Part shown: positions 19,501-26,535 of the stretch, piece after piece
Position numbering within the stretch: the stretch's first letter is position 1
Layout of the letters: each line of letters begins with the position of its first letter
DNA from: Candidatus Omnitrophota bacterium
GTDB lineage: Bacteria > Omnitrophota > Omnitrophia > Omnitrophales > Aquincolibacteriaceae
Assembly: GCA_043803685.1 (NCBI GenBank)
Contig: JAZDJU010000031.1
Span: 103,970 to 167,969, forward strand
Direction of reading: 5' to 3'
DNA length: 64,000 nt
The notes under the pieces: generated by a model
The model's database searches: none
What the model was told of the DNA's origin: nothing
The model's input: the letters and a program-made list of their open reading frames with translations, nothing else
Made by a program: the position numbers and the translations under genes

Positions 19501-20971
19501 TTCCGGTCGGCTTGACCGTATCCAAAGTGACGGTGACCGATGCGGCAGAAGACCACCTGCCGACCTTATCCTGGAATTTCACATACACTTTCTTCGCTCC
19601 GTCGCCGATCGCGAACGTCCACGCTTTTGTTGCGGCGTAGTTCTCCGCCGTGGTCCATGTCGTTCCGTTCGTCGAAAAGCTCATTTGGCTGAGTCCCGAG
19701 CCCGCATCGGTAGCCGAGAGAGTCAGTGTCGTGGCAGTCTGATTAATGTAGGAGGCCCCACCATTCACCTTGACCGTCCCCACAGGCGGAAGCGTGTCCA
19801 GCATGATCGAACTCGAGAACGGTTCGCTCTCATTCCCGGCTTTATCGTAATACTTTACGTAAACGGTCTTGCTGCCATCGCCGGAAGGAAGCGAGTAAGT
19901 TTTTGAGGTCGCGTAGGCCACGGGCGCACTCCAGGTCGTACCGTTCGTCGAAAAACTCATGCTGCCGATCTCACTCCCGCTGGCTGTTGCCGAAAGATTC
20001 AAGAGAACGATTTGTGACGTCGTGTAAACAGCGCCCGAGTTGATAGTGATCGTTCCGGTCACAGGAGGGATCAGTTCGTCGTAGGTGATCTTCAGTCTTG
20101 CGTTGGCGAGTTGGATCTTGGGTATCGCGCCGTCCGGCGCGGCAGAAAAACCCGTCCAGGTTTTTCCGGAACGAAGATCACTAAGAACGGCTTGTGTGAC
20201 GTCCGCAGAGATCGTCTGTGAAACGTTCCTTGCGAATGACTTTTGAGTCATGCTTGCCGCTAGGGTGGAGACCCCGGTGTAATGCTTCGCGGCTCCGCCG
20301 GACAAGGTGGGATAAAGCCCGTCTTCGTTCGCTTGCATATCATAGATCGAAAAGTTATAAGCCCCTGTCGTAGTCGAAACAGCGTCAAAAACGAGCTCGA
20401 CCTTCCGGATCTTCTCGATATCGGCCCCCGCCGCGGACCATTCAACAAGGCTGACTTCCATGAATGCCCGGTAGTTGGACAGATCATAGACGGGTCCGGT
20501 TCTCTGAATGAATGCCCCATCCCGGTAATAATAACTGGTGTAATAGACCGGATTCCCGTAGGAATCAGGGTAATAATGCCCACTCAGAGCCTGAACCGTT
20601 TTCGAACTCACCGCTCGGAGCTCCAGGGATACCTCCCGGAAAAGTGGCGCTAGCTCACTCATCGTAGCTGCGGGAGCCTGGATGCTGGGGGGTACGGCAC
20701 TATCTTTCGAAAGACCACTGGCCGCTGATAAGGGGAAACTTGACTGAACCGCTACTCCCGAAGGAATATCATTCTCTAAAACTGGAGGAACCTGCGCATT
20801 CGCCTGCTCCAGCGTCATGGCCGGCACGAATTGCTGCGTTTCGTTCAGGACCCATTCACTGCCGGCCGCGAAGGAAACAGGCACAGAGATCCCGCTGAAA
20901 ATAAAGCAAAGGGTTGTCGAAAGCGCGACAAGCTTGAAAGAGGATCGCTTCACTGGGAAGGAATGCTTCAC
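13586..20971 (-). CDS. Giant secreted/surface protein (2461 aa): eight Ig-like repeats, glucoamylase-like/GH144-like domain, three CBM-like modules, two further Ig domains
   Basis: GGAGG RBS and GTG start, signal peptide, DTxPPxG...DKAGN repeats, ITQPSNFGFY / GLLPW / SGAFQMYWP segments. Confidence 0.85.
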   Translation of the reverse strand: MKHSFPVKRSSFKLVALSTTLCFIFSGISVPVSFAAGSEWVLNETQQFVPAMTLEQANAQVPPVLENDIPSGVAVQSSFPLSAASGLSKDSAVPPSIQAPAATMSELAPLFREVSLELRAVSSKTVQALSGHYYPDSYGNPVYYTSYYYRDGAFIQRTGPVYDLSNYRAFMEVSLVEWSAAGADIEKIRKVELVFDAVSTTTGAYNFSIYDMQANEDGLYPTLSGGAAKHYTGVSTLAASMTQKSFARNVSQTISADVTQAVLSDLRSGKTWTGFSAAPDGAIPKIQLANARLKITYDELIPPVTGTITINSGAVYTTSQIVLLNLSATASGSEIGSMSFSTNGTTWSAPVAYATSKTYSLPSGDGSKTVYVKYYDKAGNESEPFSSSIMLDTLPPVGTVKVNGGASYINQTATTLTLSATDAGSGLSQMSFSTNGTTWTTAENYAATKAWTFAIGDGAKKVYVKFQDKVGRWSSAASVTVTLDTVKPTGTININSGALYTAVQTVTLNLTGTDSRSGINTMSFSTDGTNWTTPVAYATSKSFTLADGDGTKKVYVKYYDKAGNASAVYSRSILLDTTPPTGAVNINSGALYATSTAVTLNLSGADSGSGISKMSFSTNGTTWSSAVAYATSKTFTLPSGDGNKTVYVKYYDKAGNVSAVYSKSIILDTLPPAGTVKVNGGTTYINQTAVTLDLAATDAGSGLSKMSFSSNGTTWTTAESYAAQKAWTFATGDGAKKVYVKFQDKVGRWSAVTSVTVTLDTVAPTGSLNINSGAVYASSQTVTLNLSGTDSRSGISKMSFSIDGTNWATPVAYATSKTFTLTDGDGAKQVFVKYYDKAGNASAVYSKSIILDTLPPTGTIKINGGAQYITQSAATMDLSATDAGSGVSQMSFSGDGLNWSAAQAYATSMPVIFSASDGLKKMYVKFQDRSGKWSESASVTVLLDTVKPVGTLSINDGASTSTSSEVTFSLTGSDAGSGVDQVRFSTDQGTIWSEWTAFSETQSFTLPEGNGARQVHCQLMDKAGLISEVFTDSILVDIPPAAPWVPATSNANFAFRVIQDGDISRLELKYIPSGGITLLYSGAGDVPDTFDVTPDGSKVIYEGGGTARVERIGEPWTAQTVAGDLTQILYYSNYVMLKTDWTYPSGTVIRTSTGIRISTFNPEFISSFYLTLVTPGTGFYRNDVLSLAVQPEYDQTSGQYYAHIYSLYGGNDYSSAVRTVSLGNETPGAAGGTFTLVDAVVAPGGQTVLALGLDSLTFNKTFLVNQNITFDGAATSVTYQNNIATYTVREDDGSIRTVRFDLNTLEILPELPAIRFVEPVITQVPSAANQWSLKIDQAMRGVRYEVQFDDGSGVWQTAGTFVAAHYGEVAWQDPAQDRGAVVYRAIPREITTAADLLTQINMLYLETDFGLVESTHEYPLEGWLQRRITQPSNFGFYANLLATIAAGDLVTSTISKAEAIRRLDVMMTHLLEDQQRLGYQGLLPWLGYYNGDWERMDDLYGRQVSFEDNTNMTAGLAVAYGALLDASLSGNATVHASGGILDKIDAFIENQRPGYVAMYNAANQTFARTMVISDGHLEGTVDLFGAESMGPLLFLILQYGDAFPASVYNKLYFSVSDYAMQDGSTRTVVEPFSGAFQMYWPALLLPEADDPDLRAMLETYTDVQLDYAQRNNQPGLLSASYDVGSYDLLSGSVSAFSWQGDVVNPSYGADGSFHLTAGSTNGIGVAFTDNSKYVLEGSALQIRYSSQTAVPNARLEFKQKIDGVLTTVYVQDLTLENTGGEVRTLSLQLPESGVLGDLSEVVFVTSEGSGPLDLTFYSIDTDRIQYNFSLGINEIAMNGVSETTPSTYNLGAAYMFRPEGVEALLQRLINEHPELITSHGLWEGINMSSGKVVKEQVFNNVVSFTLGMAGTGGASMTRYLENKGLTSKLESIWDPQTPVSLTSGTSGNFEWNGFKGTAWHLPEAVRASDRELRITYQSSTPVTGVKLELKHAGSNDPAYSVQFDLPATESGPGEYVITIPESYLYWYITDAVVLFPDAQGYPNDKITSMTLVPAARFVPPAGVEVGVEYTGGDLEALLLQYAPQVNVADLQLLSMPVAPVYHLIYTRGGNLAIGFHAYYKMTGSGPINEWFTEMNYLRPGREVVRLYEGNILSGMSLNGSDEVELWYAYGDMMGVISTGGEMRQIPKNDFTPPVVVLDAGIPGLIKAKTLTVSYTVDGVSKTKLFTDLPEGSNTLSITEKDLAGNSTTVTHQVTVDTVAPVVVLDPGTPAMIASSSITVNYTLDGSLKQKTFTDLVTGANTLTIEESDLAGNRTVVNFSVNHVLGTDLLKGPIATFALNGGNAAASWDSGALHLTSSNFQGMGVAAITNDLSINVRQLQISYSSLTPVPNARIEYKARDSFGNLIIVKTQYLNLQNTGGAVKTVNTDLILSGYPLVDEIVFVTEGTGSSSLDMKLYGFSLF
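17860..20068 (-). repeat. Eight intragenic repeats of about 276 nt (92 aa) with an 828-nt higher-order duplication
   Basis: Repeats 1-2-3 match 4-5-6; the DTLPP starts of repeats 2 and 5 are 828 nt apart. Confidence 0.9.
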
Positions 20972-21104
20972 GGGGAACCTCCACTCTGTTTTCTATTCGA
21001 ATCAGCTTTTTTAGCCTATTTTTTGCAGCAGGAGAAGCAGAAGCTAGCTCTCCAAGTCTCGATTAAATTTTTAACTGGGAACTTGGACTGCTCACACCAA
21101 GCTT

Positions 21105-21488
21105 TTATTTTTTTAAAGGAGTAGAGGGTGCGAGCTGCCACGGGAATTCTGGCTCGAGGATGGGCTTATAAGAACACGGCCAAGGGAACGGGAAAGTCAC
21201 CATTTCATAAATTCCCACGCTAGCGCGACCTACGGCATAAAGAGAACCGCGACATAATCCTGCGACCCAACTCGGAGGAAATGTGTCCGTGCGGACTTCC
21301 TTGGAGAGTTCATTCGAGATCTCGAACGGGCAGAGGGCCACGTTCAGAAATCCGCGCTGGAGCTTCCGGAGAGACGTTCCCTCCCCCTGGATCTGGGCTT
21401 CAGGGGCGACTTCCCCCGCCGCCATCACGGGAAGCGAGAACGCCAGAAGCACGAACAACGCGATCAGGACCGTATAGAGTCTCTTCAT
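21105..21488 (-). CDS. Exosortase-system-associated protein, TIGR04073-like
   Basis: Signal peptide; RKLQRGFLNV...RASVGIYEMVTFPFP. Confidence 0.75.
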   Translation of the reverse strand: MKRLYTVLIALFVLLAFSLPVMAAGEVAPEAQIQGEGTSLRKLQRGFLNVALCPFEISNELSKEVRTDTFPPSWVAGLCRGSLYAVGRASVGIYEMVTFPFPWPCSYKPILEPEFPWQLAPSTPLKK

Positions 21489-21633
21489 AACGCGGTTAAT
21501 CTAACATTGAAGGCAAAACAACGCCAGCTAGAAATTACATTAACGGCCACGCGCCACGATACACGCTTTCCCCTCGCCCTTGGCCCGCTCCTGCCCGCCG
21601 AAGCAGTGAGGCGGGAACGGGCAATCTTTTGAT

Positions 21634-21676
21634 GCCTGTCCCCTTTTGGGTGACTGTCTCCTGTCTTACCTGTCTT
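21634..21676. repeat. GACTGTCACCTGTCTT-family repeat, copy A
   Basis: GCCTGTCCCCTTTTGGGTGACTGTCTCCTGTCTTACCTGTCTT; near-identical to 24612-24645. Confidence 0.8.
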
Positions 21677-21842
21677 TGCAGTTCTCTGGACAACCTAACT
21701 CCGAAGGAATATGCTCAGACGAACGCAAACCAACCCTCCGAAACACTAACTTAGCATTGGCACAATGAACGGGGGGAGGTCAGCGGATCCCTATGATTCA
21801 AAGGTCGATTCATAATTTGCCTCTATAAACGATGGAGATCAT

Positions 21843-22742
21843 ATGAAGCAACGCAGGATCTTTAGGCTCGTACTTTCAACATTGCTTTTGATAGGTGGGC
21901 TTGGGCTTTCGCTTGTCCTTGCGCAGGCGGGTCCTGATCAGAGCATTGAGAGGGTCAAAACAGCGACTTCTGCTGACGGCACAGCGATCCATTATTACGA
22001 GCATGGGCAAGAGGGGCCGACACTTGTGTTTGTTCACGGATGGATTTGTGACGCAAGCTACTGGAGAGAGCAAGTCGAGTATTTCAAGAAGAAGTATCAC
22101 ATGGTTCTGATCGATCTGGCTGGGCATGGTCGTTCCGGGAGTGAGCGTGAGAATTACACCATGGAAACCTTTGGCCAGGATGTGAAAGCTGTTGTCGAAA
22201 GTGTCGGGGCAAAGAAGGTAGTCTTGATCGGTCATTCCATGGGTGCCCTTGTGATCGCACAGGCGGCTCTCTTGATGCCAGAGAAGGCGATGGGATTGGT
22301 CGCGGTGGATGACCTTCAGAACGTAGAGTATCCCCTGGGAGAAACACAGTTCAAGGAGATGACCACGCCCTTCAAAAAAGATTTCAAACAGGGCGTCAGA
22401 GATTTCGTCACAGATATGCTGCGTTCTGACAACTCGCCTGTCAATGAATGGGTGATCTCGGATATGTCTTTGGCTGATCCCAAGGTTGCGCTCAACGCAA
22501 TGAACGGATCTTTAGGCGGGTATCTGACAGGTGATGTAGCCAAGTTGTTTGATGGATTGGATGTTCCGGTGGTGGCTGTGAATAGCGACCTTTGGCCAAC
22601 CGATGTCGAAGCGAACAGACGGCATATAAAAGATTTTGAGCTGATCGAGTTGGACGGACTGGATCATTTTCTGATGCTTAAAGCGCCTGAGCGTTTTAAC
22701 CCTGCGCTTGAACAAGCTGTTAAAATGATACTTAAGAAATAA
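21843..22742 (+). CDS. Secreted alpha/beta hydrolase
   Basis: Signal peptide, HG motif, DLAGHG, GHSMG nucleophile elbow, C-terminal His. Confidence 0.92.
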   Translation: MKQRRIFRLVLSTLLLIGGLGLSLVLAQAGPDQSIERVKTATSADGTAIHYYEHGQEGPTLVFVHGWICDASYWREQVEYFKKKYHMVLIDLAGHGRSGSERENYTMETFGQDVKAVVESVGAKKVVLIGHSMGALVIAQAALLMPEKAMGLVAVDDLQNVEYPLGETQFKEMTTPFKKDFKQGVRDFVTDMLRSDNSPVNEWVISDMSLADPKVALNAMNGSLGGYLTGDVAKLFDGLDVPVVAVNSDLWPTDVEANRRHIKDFELIELDGLDHFLMLKAPERFNPALEQAVKMILKK

Positions 22743-22805
22743 ACAAAACGGGACGTCCGGCGGGAGACGTTAGGGTTTAGCTCCTCCCCGCAAGCTGCAG
22801 CCAGC

Positions 22806-23057
22806 TTACAAATGGAATTGGCTTTTTTTGCGCTCGAGGGTACGCTGGAATTTGTCTTCGACGTCCTGGATCGAATCCTTCAACGCTGCGAAGATCTTCG
22901 CCACCTGGTCGCCATTATAAGAATACTGGGAGGTCGCCAGATTCCCGATCAGGCGGATCTTATCGAGCGTCGCCGCGACTCTCTGCTCCGCCAACCGCTT
23001 GAACCGCGCTTCCTTGGATTCATTAGGTACGTTGCTTGCGTCTTCATTTTCTTCCAC
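22806..23057 (-). CDS. Small conserved hypothetical protein (83 aa)
   Basis: AAAGGAG RBS and GTG start; ESKEARFKRLAEQR...IGNL...YSY...KIF pattern resembles small island-associated proteins. Confidence 0.75.
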   Translation of the reverse strand: MEENEDASNVPNESKEARFKRLAEQRVAATLDKIRLIGNLATSQYSYNGDQVAKIFAALKDSIQDVEDKFQRTLERKKSQFHL

Positions 23058-23125
23058 GTGAGTCTCCTTTATGGATCCGCTTCTTAGCCGGGACCGCTGT
23101 AAAATATCACACCCGATCGTGCCCT

Positions 23126-23438
23126 GAAAACAGAAAAGGCTTAGCGATGGGGTCAGGAAGCTTGGGCCTCACTACTTGCCAAGCGCATCAACCCAAAGCT
23201 AAGCCTACCGCTGAGACCGCTGGAAGGGCGCTCGCTTCCTCACCCCCGGCCCTGAGGACCGTGGCCAGTCGCGCGTACTTTCTGGCGTCAGCGATCTCAA
23301 AAAACGTAAGCCCAAGATCGGCGCCCCGCTTTGATCGCGGTCAAGCCAGCCGTAACTCAGGCTCCGTACGACGCCAAGAGGGTCCCGGTTCCGTCGGGGG
23401 TTCATCGCCCCCAAGCCAGATCCACCATCTCTTGGCCT
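23126..23438 (-). ncRNA. Candidate structured RNA of unknown class
   Basis: Upstream TTGCTT-N17-TACAGT, multiple stems, 3' stem followed by U-rich tract, no credible ORF. Confidence 0.45.
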
Positions 23439-23502
23439 GATCTGACTGTAGCCGACGAGTGTTCAAAAAGCAAGACCCCCGCGAAAAATAGGTGAAATAT
23501 TT

Positions 23503-24420
23503 TCAGCAACAACAGGTGTTTGGTGGACGATCGACAAAGGAGATCCCGGCAAAACGCCGGCGAATGCCGCGCTCAAAAGTCCCGGCCGCGTGTCCGAAAA
23601 TAATCGCCAAACCATGCCGCATGCCCGGCGCGATCTTGTATCTTTCCCTGAACTCCCGACTCGTATGAGCCAGCATGGGAACCACCGTTCCGATCATACA
23701 CGAACCAAGACCCAGGCTTTCCGCAGCGATCATGGCATAAGTACACGCGATCCCGGCGTCGGCCGGATCTTCGGAACACGCAAAGATCATCGCGAGCGGC
23801 GCATCGTAAAACATGAGGTCCTTCCCCTGTGCTCGACCGTGGGTGAGTTCCTTATAGATCGGCACGACCAACTCACGCATACTGCGGTGCTCTTCTTTCG
23901 ACATAAAAGGACGCAGCAGCCAGACACCGGCTTTCGAGAATAACCATGACATTTTCCTCACAGCGTCCAGGAAATCGAAAGCAAAGGAACGGACCGCTTC
24001 CTTGCCGTCGAGAACAACGACCTTCACAGTCGAGGGCGGAAGACCCGCAGGGGCCTGCTGTGCGGCTTCAAGGATCTTTTCCGTGATGTCACGCGAAACC
24101 GGTTGATCCGAAAACTTACGAACGCTCCGCCGTGATACCAAAAGGCGGAACAAGGCGTCATAGGTCGGGGGTTTCTCCTTGGAAAAGCGGAGTACATCCT
24201 GCCGTCCGATCCCCTCCGCTTCCACATGAATGGCTTCCACAGGACAAATGGCCGCGCAATGACCACACGTGAGACATCCCCAGGAATCTTTCTTCCCGCC
24301 CCTCACCTTAACCGATTCCAATTCAAGATAGGCGGTGGGACAGCCTTCCACACACAACCCGCAAAGATTACATTGATCATTGACGATGATCTCTACTTTT
24401 TTTCCGTAAATCGTCGGCAT
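23503..24420 (-). CDS. Nitroreductase-family protein with N-terminal 4Fe-4S ferredoxin domain
   Basis: Two CxxCxxCxxxCP motifs, SRRSVRKF, AAESLGLGSC. Confidence 0.93.
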   Translation of the reverse strand: MPTIYGKKVEIIVNDQCNLCGLCVEGCPTAYLELESVKVRGGKKDSWGCLTCGHCAAICPVEAIHVEAEGIGRQDVLRFSKEKPPTYDALFRLLVSRRSVRKFSDQPVSRDITEKILEAAQQAPAGLPPSTVKVVVLDGKEAVRSFAFDFLDAVRKMSWLFSKAGVWLLRPFMSKEEHRSMRELVVPIYKELTHGRAQGKDLMFYDAPLAMIFACSEDPADAGIACTYAMIAAESLGLGSCMIGTVVPMLAHTSREFRERYKIAPGMRHGLAIIFGHAAGTFERGIRRRFAGISFVDRPPNTCCC

Positions 24421-24578
24421 GCGATCCCCCCTTCGTTCCCCAAAGATCCTGAAAAAGAATTCCGTCCGCTGTGCATTTTAAAATATCCCCTGTTCCATAG
24501 CTACCATTTGTTCTTTCGCCTCCCGTTCCGTTCATGTATACGGGACGGCGTCTGATTTACTGCTAAGAGGCAACGCAA

Positions 24579-24645
24579 AAAAGGGGACAGGCTACTTTTT
24601 GAAAAAAAGTAGCCTGTCCCCTTTTGGGTGACTGTCACCTGTCTT
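24579..24645. repeat. GACTGTCACCTGTCTT-family repeat, copy B, with long palindrome
   Basis: AAAAGGGGACAGGCTACTTTTT / AAAAAGTAGCCTGTCCCCTTTT then GGGTGACTGTCACCTGTCTT. Confidence 0.85.
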
Positions 24646-24656
24646 AACCGGCGTCT

Positions 24657-24779
24657 TTAACGTCTGAGATACGTCACTGTGACGGTGGGAGCGTCGGACG
24701 AAAGCGATGCCGCAAAAGCATCCGCGACCCACACGCTACAAGCCGCCAAAACGAGTAAAAACACGACTATCTTCTTCAT
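24657..24779 (-). pseudogene. 40-aa ORF, essentially a signal peptide; probable truncated gene
   Basis: AAAGGA RBS; MKKIVVFLLVLAACSVWVADAFAASLSSDAPTVTVTYLRR*; stops about 12 bp from repeat copy B. Confidence 0.5.
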
Positions 24780-24896
24780 GGATTCCTTTGATTCAGACTT
24801 AATGGGATTTCCCTAAAAAACAAGGAGGGAGTTAAGCCGTCGGAAAGATGCCCTACGAAGTTCCTTCTGTCAAGGGTACCAAGACAAGACGCCTGT

Positions 24897-25006
24897 CCCG
24901 TGTGAAGACGAGACCTTCAAGGTCTCGCGAGCCTGCCAGAAACATGGGGTTCAGGCCTTTCGGCGCCTGCCCGCCAGCGCTGTGTGGCGGGACTGTCACC
25001 TGTCTT
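24897..25006. repeat. GACTGTCACCTGTCTT-family repeat, copy C (long form)
   Basis: About 110 bp near-identical to 26401-26509. Confidence 0.9.
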
Positions 25007-25112
25007 TATTCGATTTTAAGCCGACTTTGGCCGCGCGGCCAAAGTTGTCCCACCCCATCACTCCATTGGATCTAACGCCTCCCTGCGGACGGCGGCCGGT
25101 TTATTCACTTTC

Positions 25113-25745
25113 TCAGCGTATAAAGTTTGTGAAGATACGTTCTTCTCTCTCCGGGAAAGGGATCCCGGCCTTGGTTCCCGCCTCTTTACATTTCAAGAAC
25201 CACGCCATATTTCTCCCCAAGGTGCGCATCGTCTGCAAACCCTCCAGATCTTTTCGGACATCGTCGGGAGTGTGCCCGTGGACCATGTTCCAATATTGAG
25301 ATGAGATGACCGGCATCTGTGAGATGGTGAAATATTTGTTGAGTTGGTCGAATGTCGCCGTCGTCCCGGCTCTTCGGGCAGAGACAACGGCAGCGGCTGG
25401 TTTTAAATAAAAGGACTGCCTTCCGGAGAGGAGGTCTGCAAAGAACACGCGATCCATAAAGGAGGTGATGGCGCCGCCCGCAGACGCATAATGCACGGGA
25501 GAACCGAACACAAACCCATCCGCGTTTTTAGCGATATCCAGAAAATCATTCACCCGGTCGGAAAAAACACAACGCTTCAGCTCCGCGCATTTCCGGCAAG
25601 CGATGCATCCGGACAAAGGCGTTCTGCCGATTTGAAATATTTCCGTTTCAACCCCGCCGGCATTCAATGTTTTCGCCACTTCCTCCAATGCCGTATAAGT
25701 ACATCCCTTTTCATTCGGACTTCCATTCACTAACAATACTTTCAT
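25113..25745 (-). CDS. Flavodoxin-family NADPH-dependent FMN reductase / iron-sulfur flavoprotein
   Basis: NGSP..GCT, CIACRKC..C, GSPVHY. Confidence 0.92.
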   Translation of the reverse strand: MKVLLVNGSPNEKGCTYTALEEVAKTLNAGGVETEIFQIGRTPLSGCIACRKCAELKRCVFSDRVNDFLDIAKNADGFVFGSPVHYASAGGAITSFMDRVFFADLLSGRQSFYLKPAAAVVSARRAGTTATFDQLNKYFTISQMPVISSQYWNMVHGHTPDDVRKDLEGLQTMRTLGRNMAWFLKCKEAGTKAGIPFPEREERIFTNFIR

Positions 25746-25794
25746 GTAGGCTCCTTTGCGCGCGCTTGCCGGTGTTGCCTATGAAGTGGATACC

Positions 25795-26394
25795 TTATTT
25801 CACCATCTTTATTTCACGCAACCATTCAGACACTTTGGACTGAGCAGATCTTACAGTTCTTCCACGGACCGCAAGACCGTCGAGAAGAGTCGATCTGGGG
25901 CAAAGCTGCGACAGATCAAAGACACTTTGTCCCAATCCGCTCCCTTCGTGCGTACAAAAAGGCACGAGGGTTTTTCCCGAAAGGTCATGTTTTGACAAAA
26001 AAGCTTTCACGGCCATCGGATAAGTTTCCCACCAACTCGGGTAGCCGATAAAGATCACATCATAGGCATTGACGTCTTGAACGTCGGATCGAAGTTCCGG
26101 CCGAAAGTCGGAATGGAGTTCTTTTTTTGCTTGTTCAACGAGATCATCATAATTCTCCGTGTAAGGAGCCACCGTCTGGATCTCGAAAATATCCCCGCCA
26201 ACCCTCTCGTGGATCTGACTCGCGATCTCGCGGGTATTCCCCGTATGCGAAAAATAAGCGATCAACACCTTTCTCGTATTCCCGGTCCCATGATCGAATT
26301 TTTCTTCCTTGGCGGCGAAGCTTACTGGGCTCGCCGCGGCTATCAGCATCAAGAACGTCATGATCATCGGACATGCTAGCTTCAATCTCTTCAT
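25795..26394 (-). CDS. Flavodoxin with signal peptide
   Basis: YFSHTGNT, IGYPSWW, PFCTHEGSG; start at MKRLKL. Confidence 0.9.
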   Translation of the reverse strand: MKRLKLACPMIMTFLMLIAAASPVSFAAKEEKFDHGTGNTRKVLIAYFSHTGNTREIASQIHERVGGDIFEIQTVAPYTENYDDLVEQAKKELHSDFRPELRSDVQDVNAYDVIFIGYPSWWETYPMAVKAFLSKHDLSGKTLVPFCTHEGSGLGQSVFDLSQLCPRSTLLDGLAVRGRTVRSAQSKVSEWLREIKMVK

Positions 26395-26400
26395 AGTTCT

Positions 26401-26528
26401 CCCGTGCGAAGACGAGACCTCAAAGTCTCGCGAGCCTGCCAGAAACATCGGTTTCAGGCCTTTTCGGTGCCTGCCCGCCAGCGCTGTGTGGCGGGACTGT
26501 CACCTGTCTCTGTATTGTCACCTGCCTT
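26401..26528. repeat. GACTGTCACCTGTCTT-family repeat, copy D (long form)
   Basis: Direct repeat of copy C plus an extra TGTCACCTGCCTT. Confidence 0.9.
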
Positions 26529-26535
26529 GGCAGAA

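Noticed and set aside
17860..20068. Possible CRISPR array or DGR repeats
   Set aside because: Repeats are in-frame protein domains; no spacers, cas genes or reverse transcriptase in the window.
23228..23262. SRP RNA resemblance (TCAGGGCCGG...AGGAAGC on the minus strand)
   Set aside because: Lacks the GNRA-capped helix 8 geometry.
23396..23427. tRNA/tmRNA-like 3' end on the plus strand (GGGGG TTCATCG CCCCC ... TCCACCA)
   Set aside because: Four extra bases separate the T-arm from the acceptor strand and there is no convincing 5' acceptor or D-arm; promoter evidence favours the minus strand.
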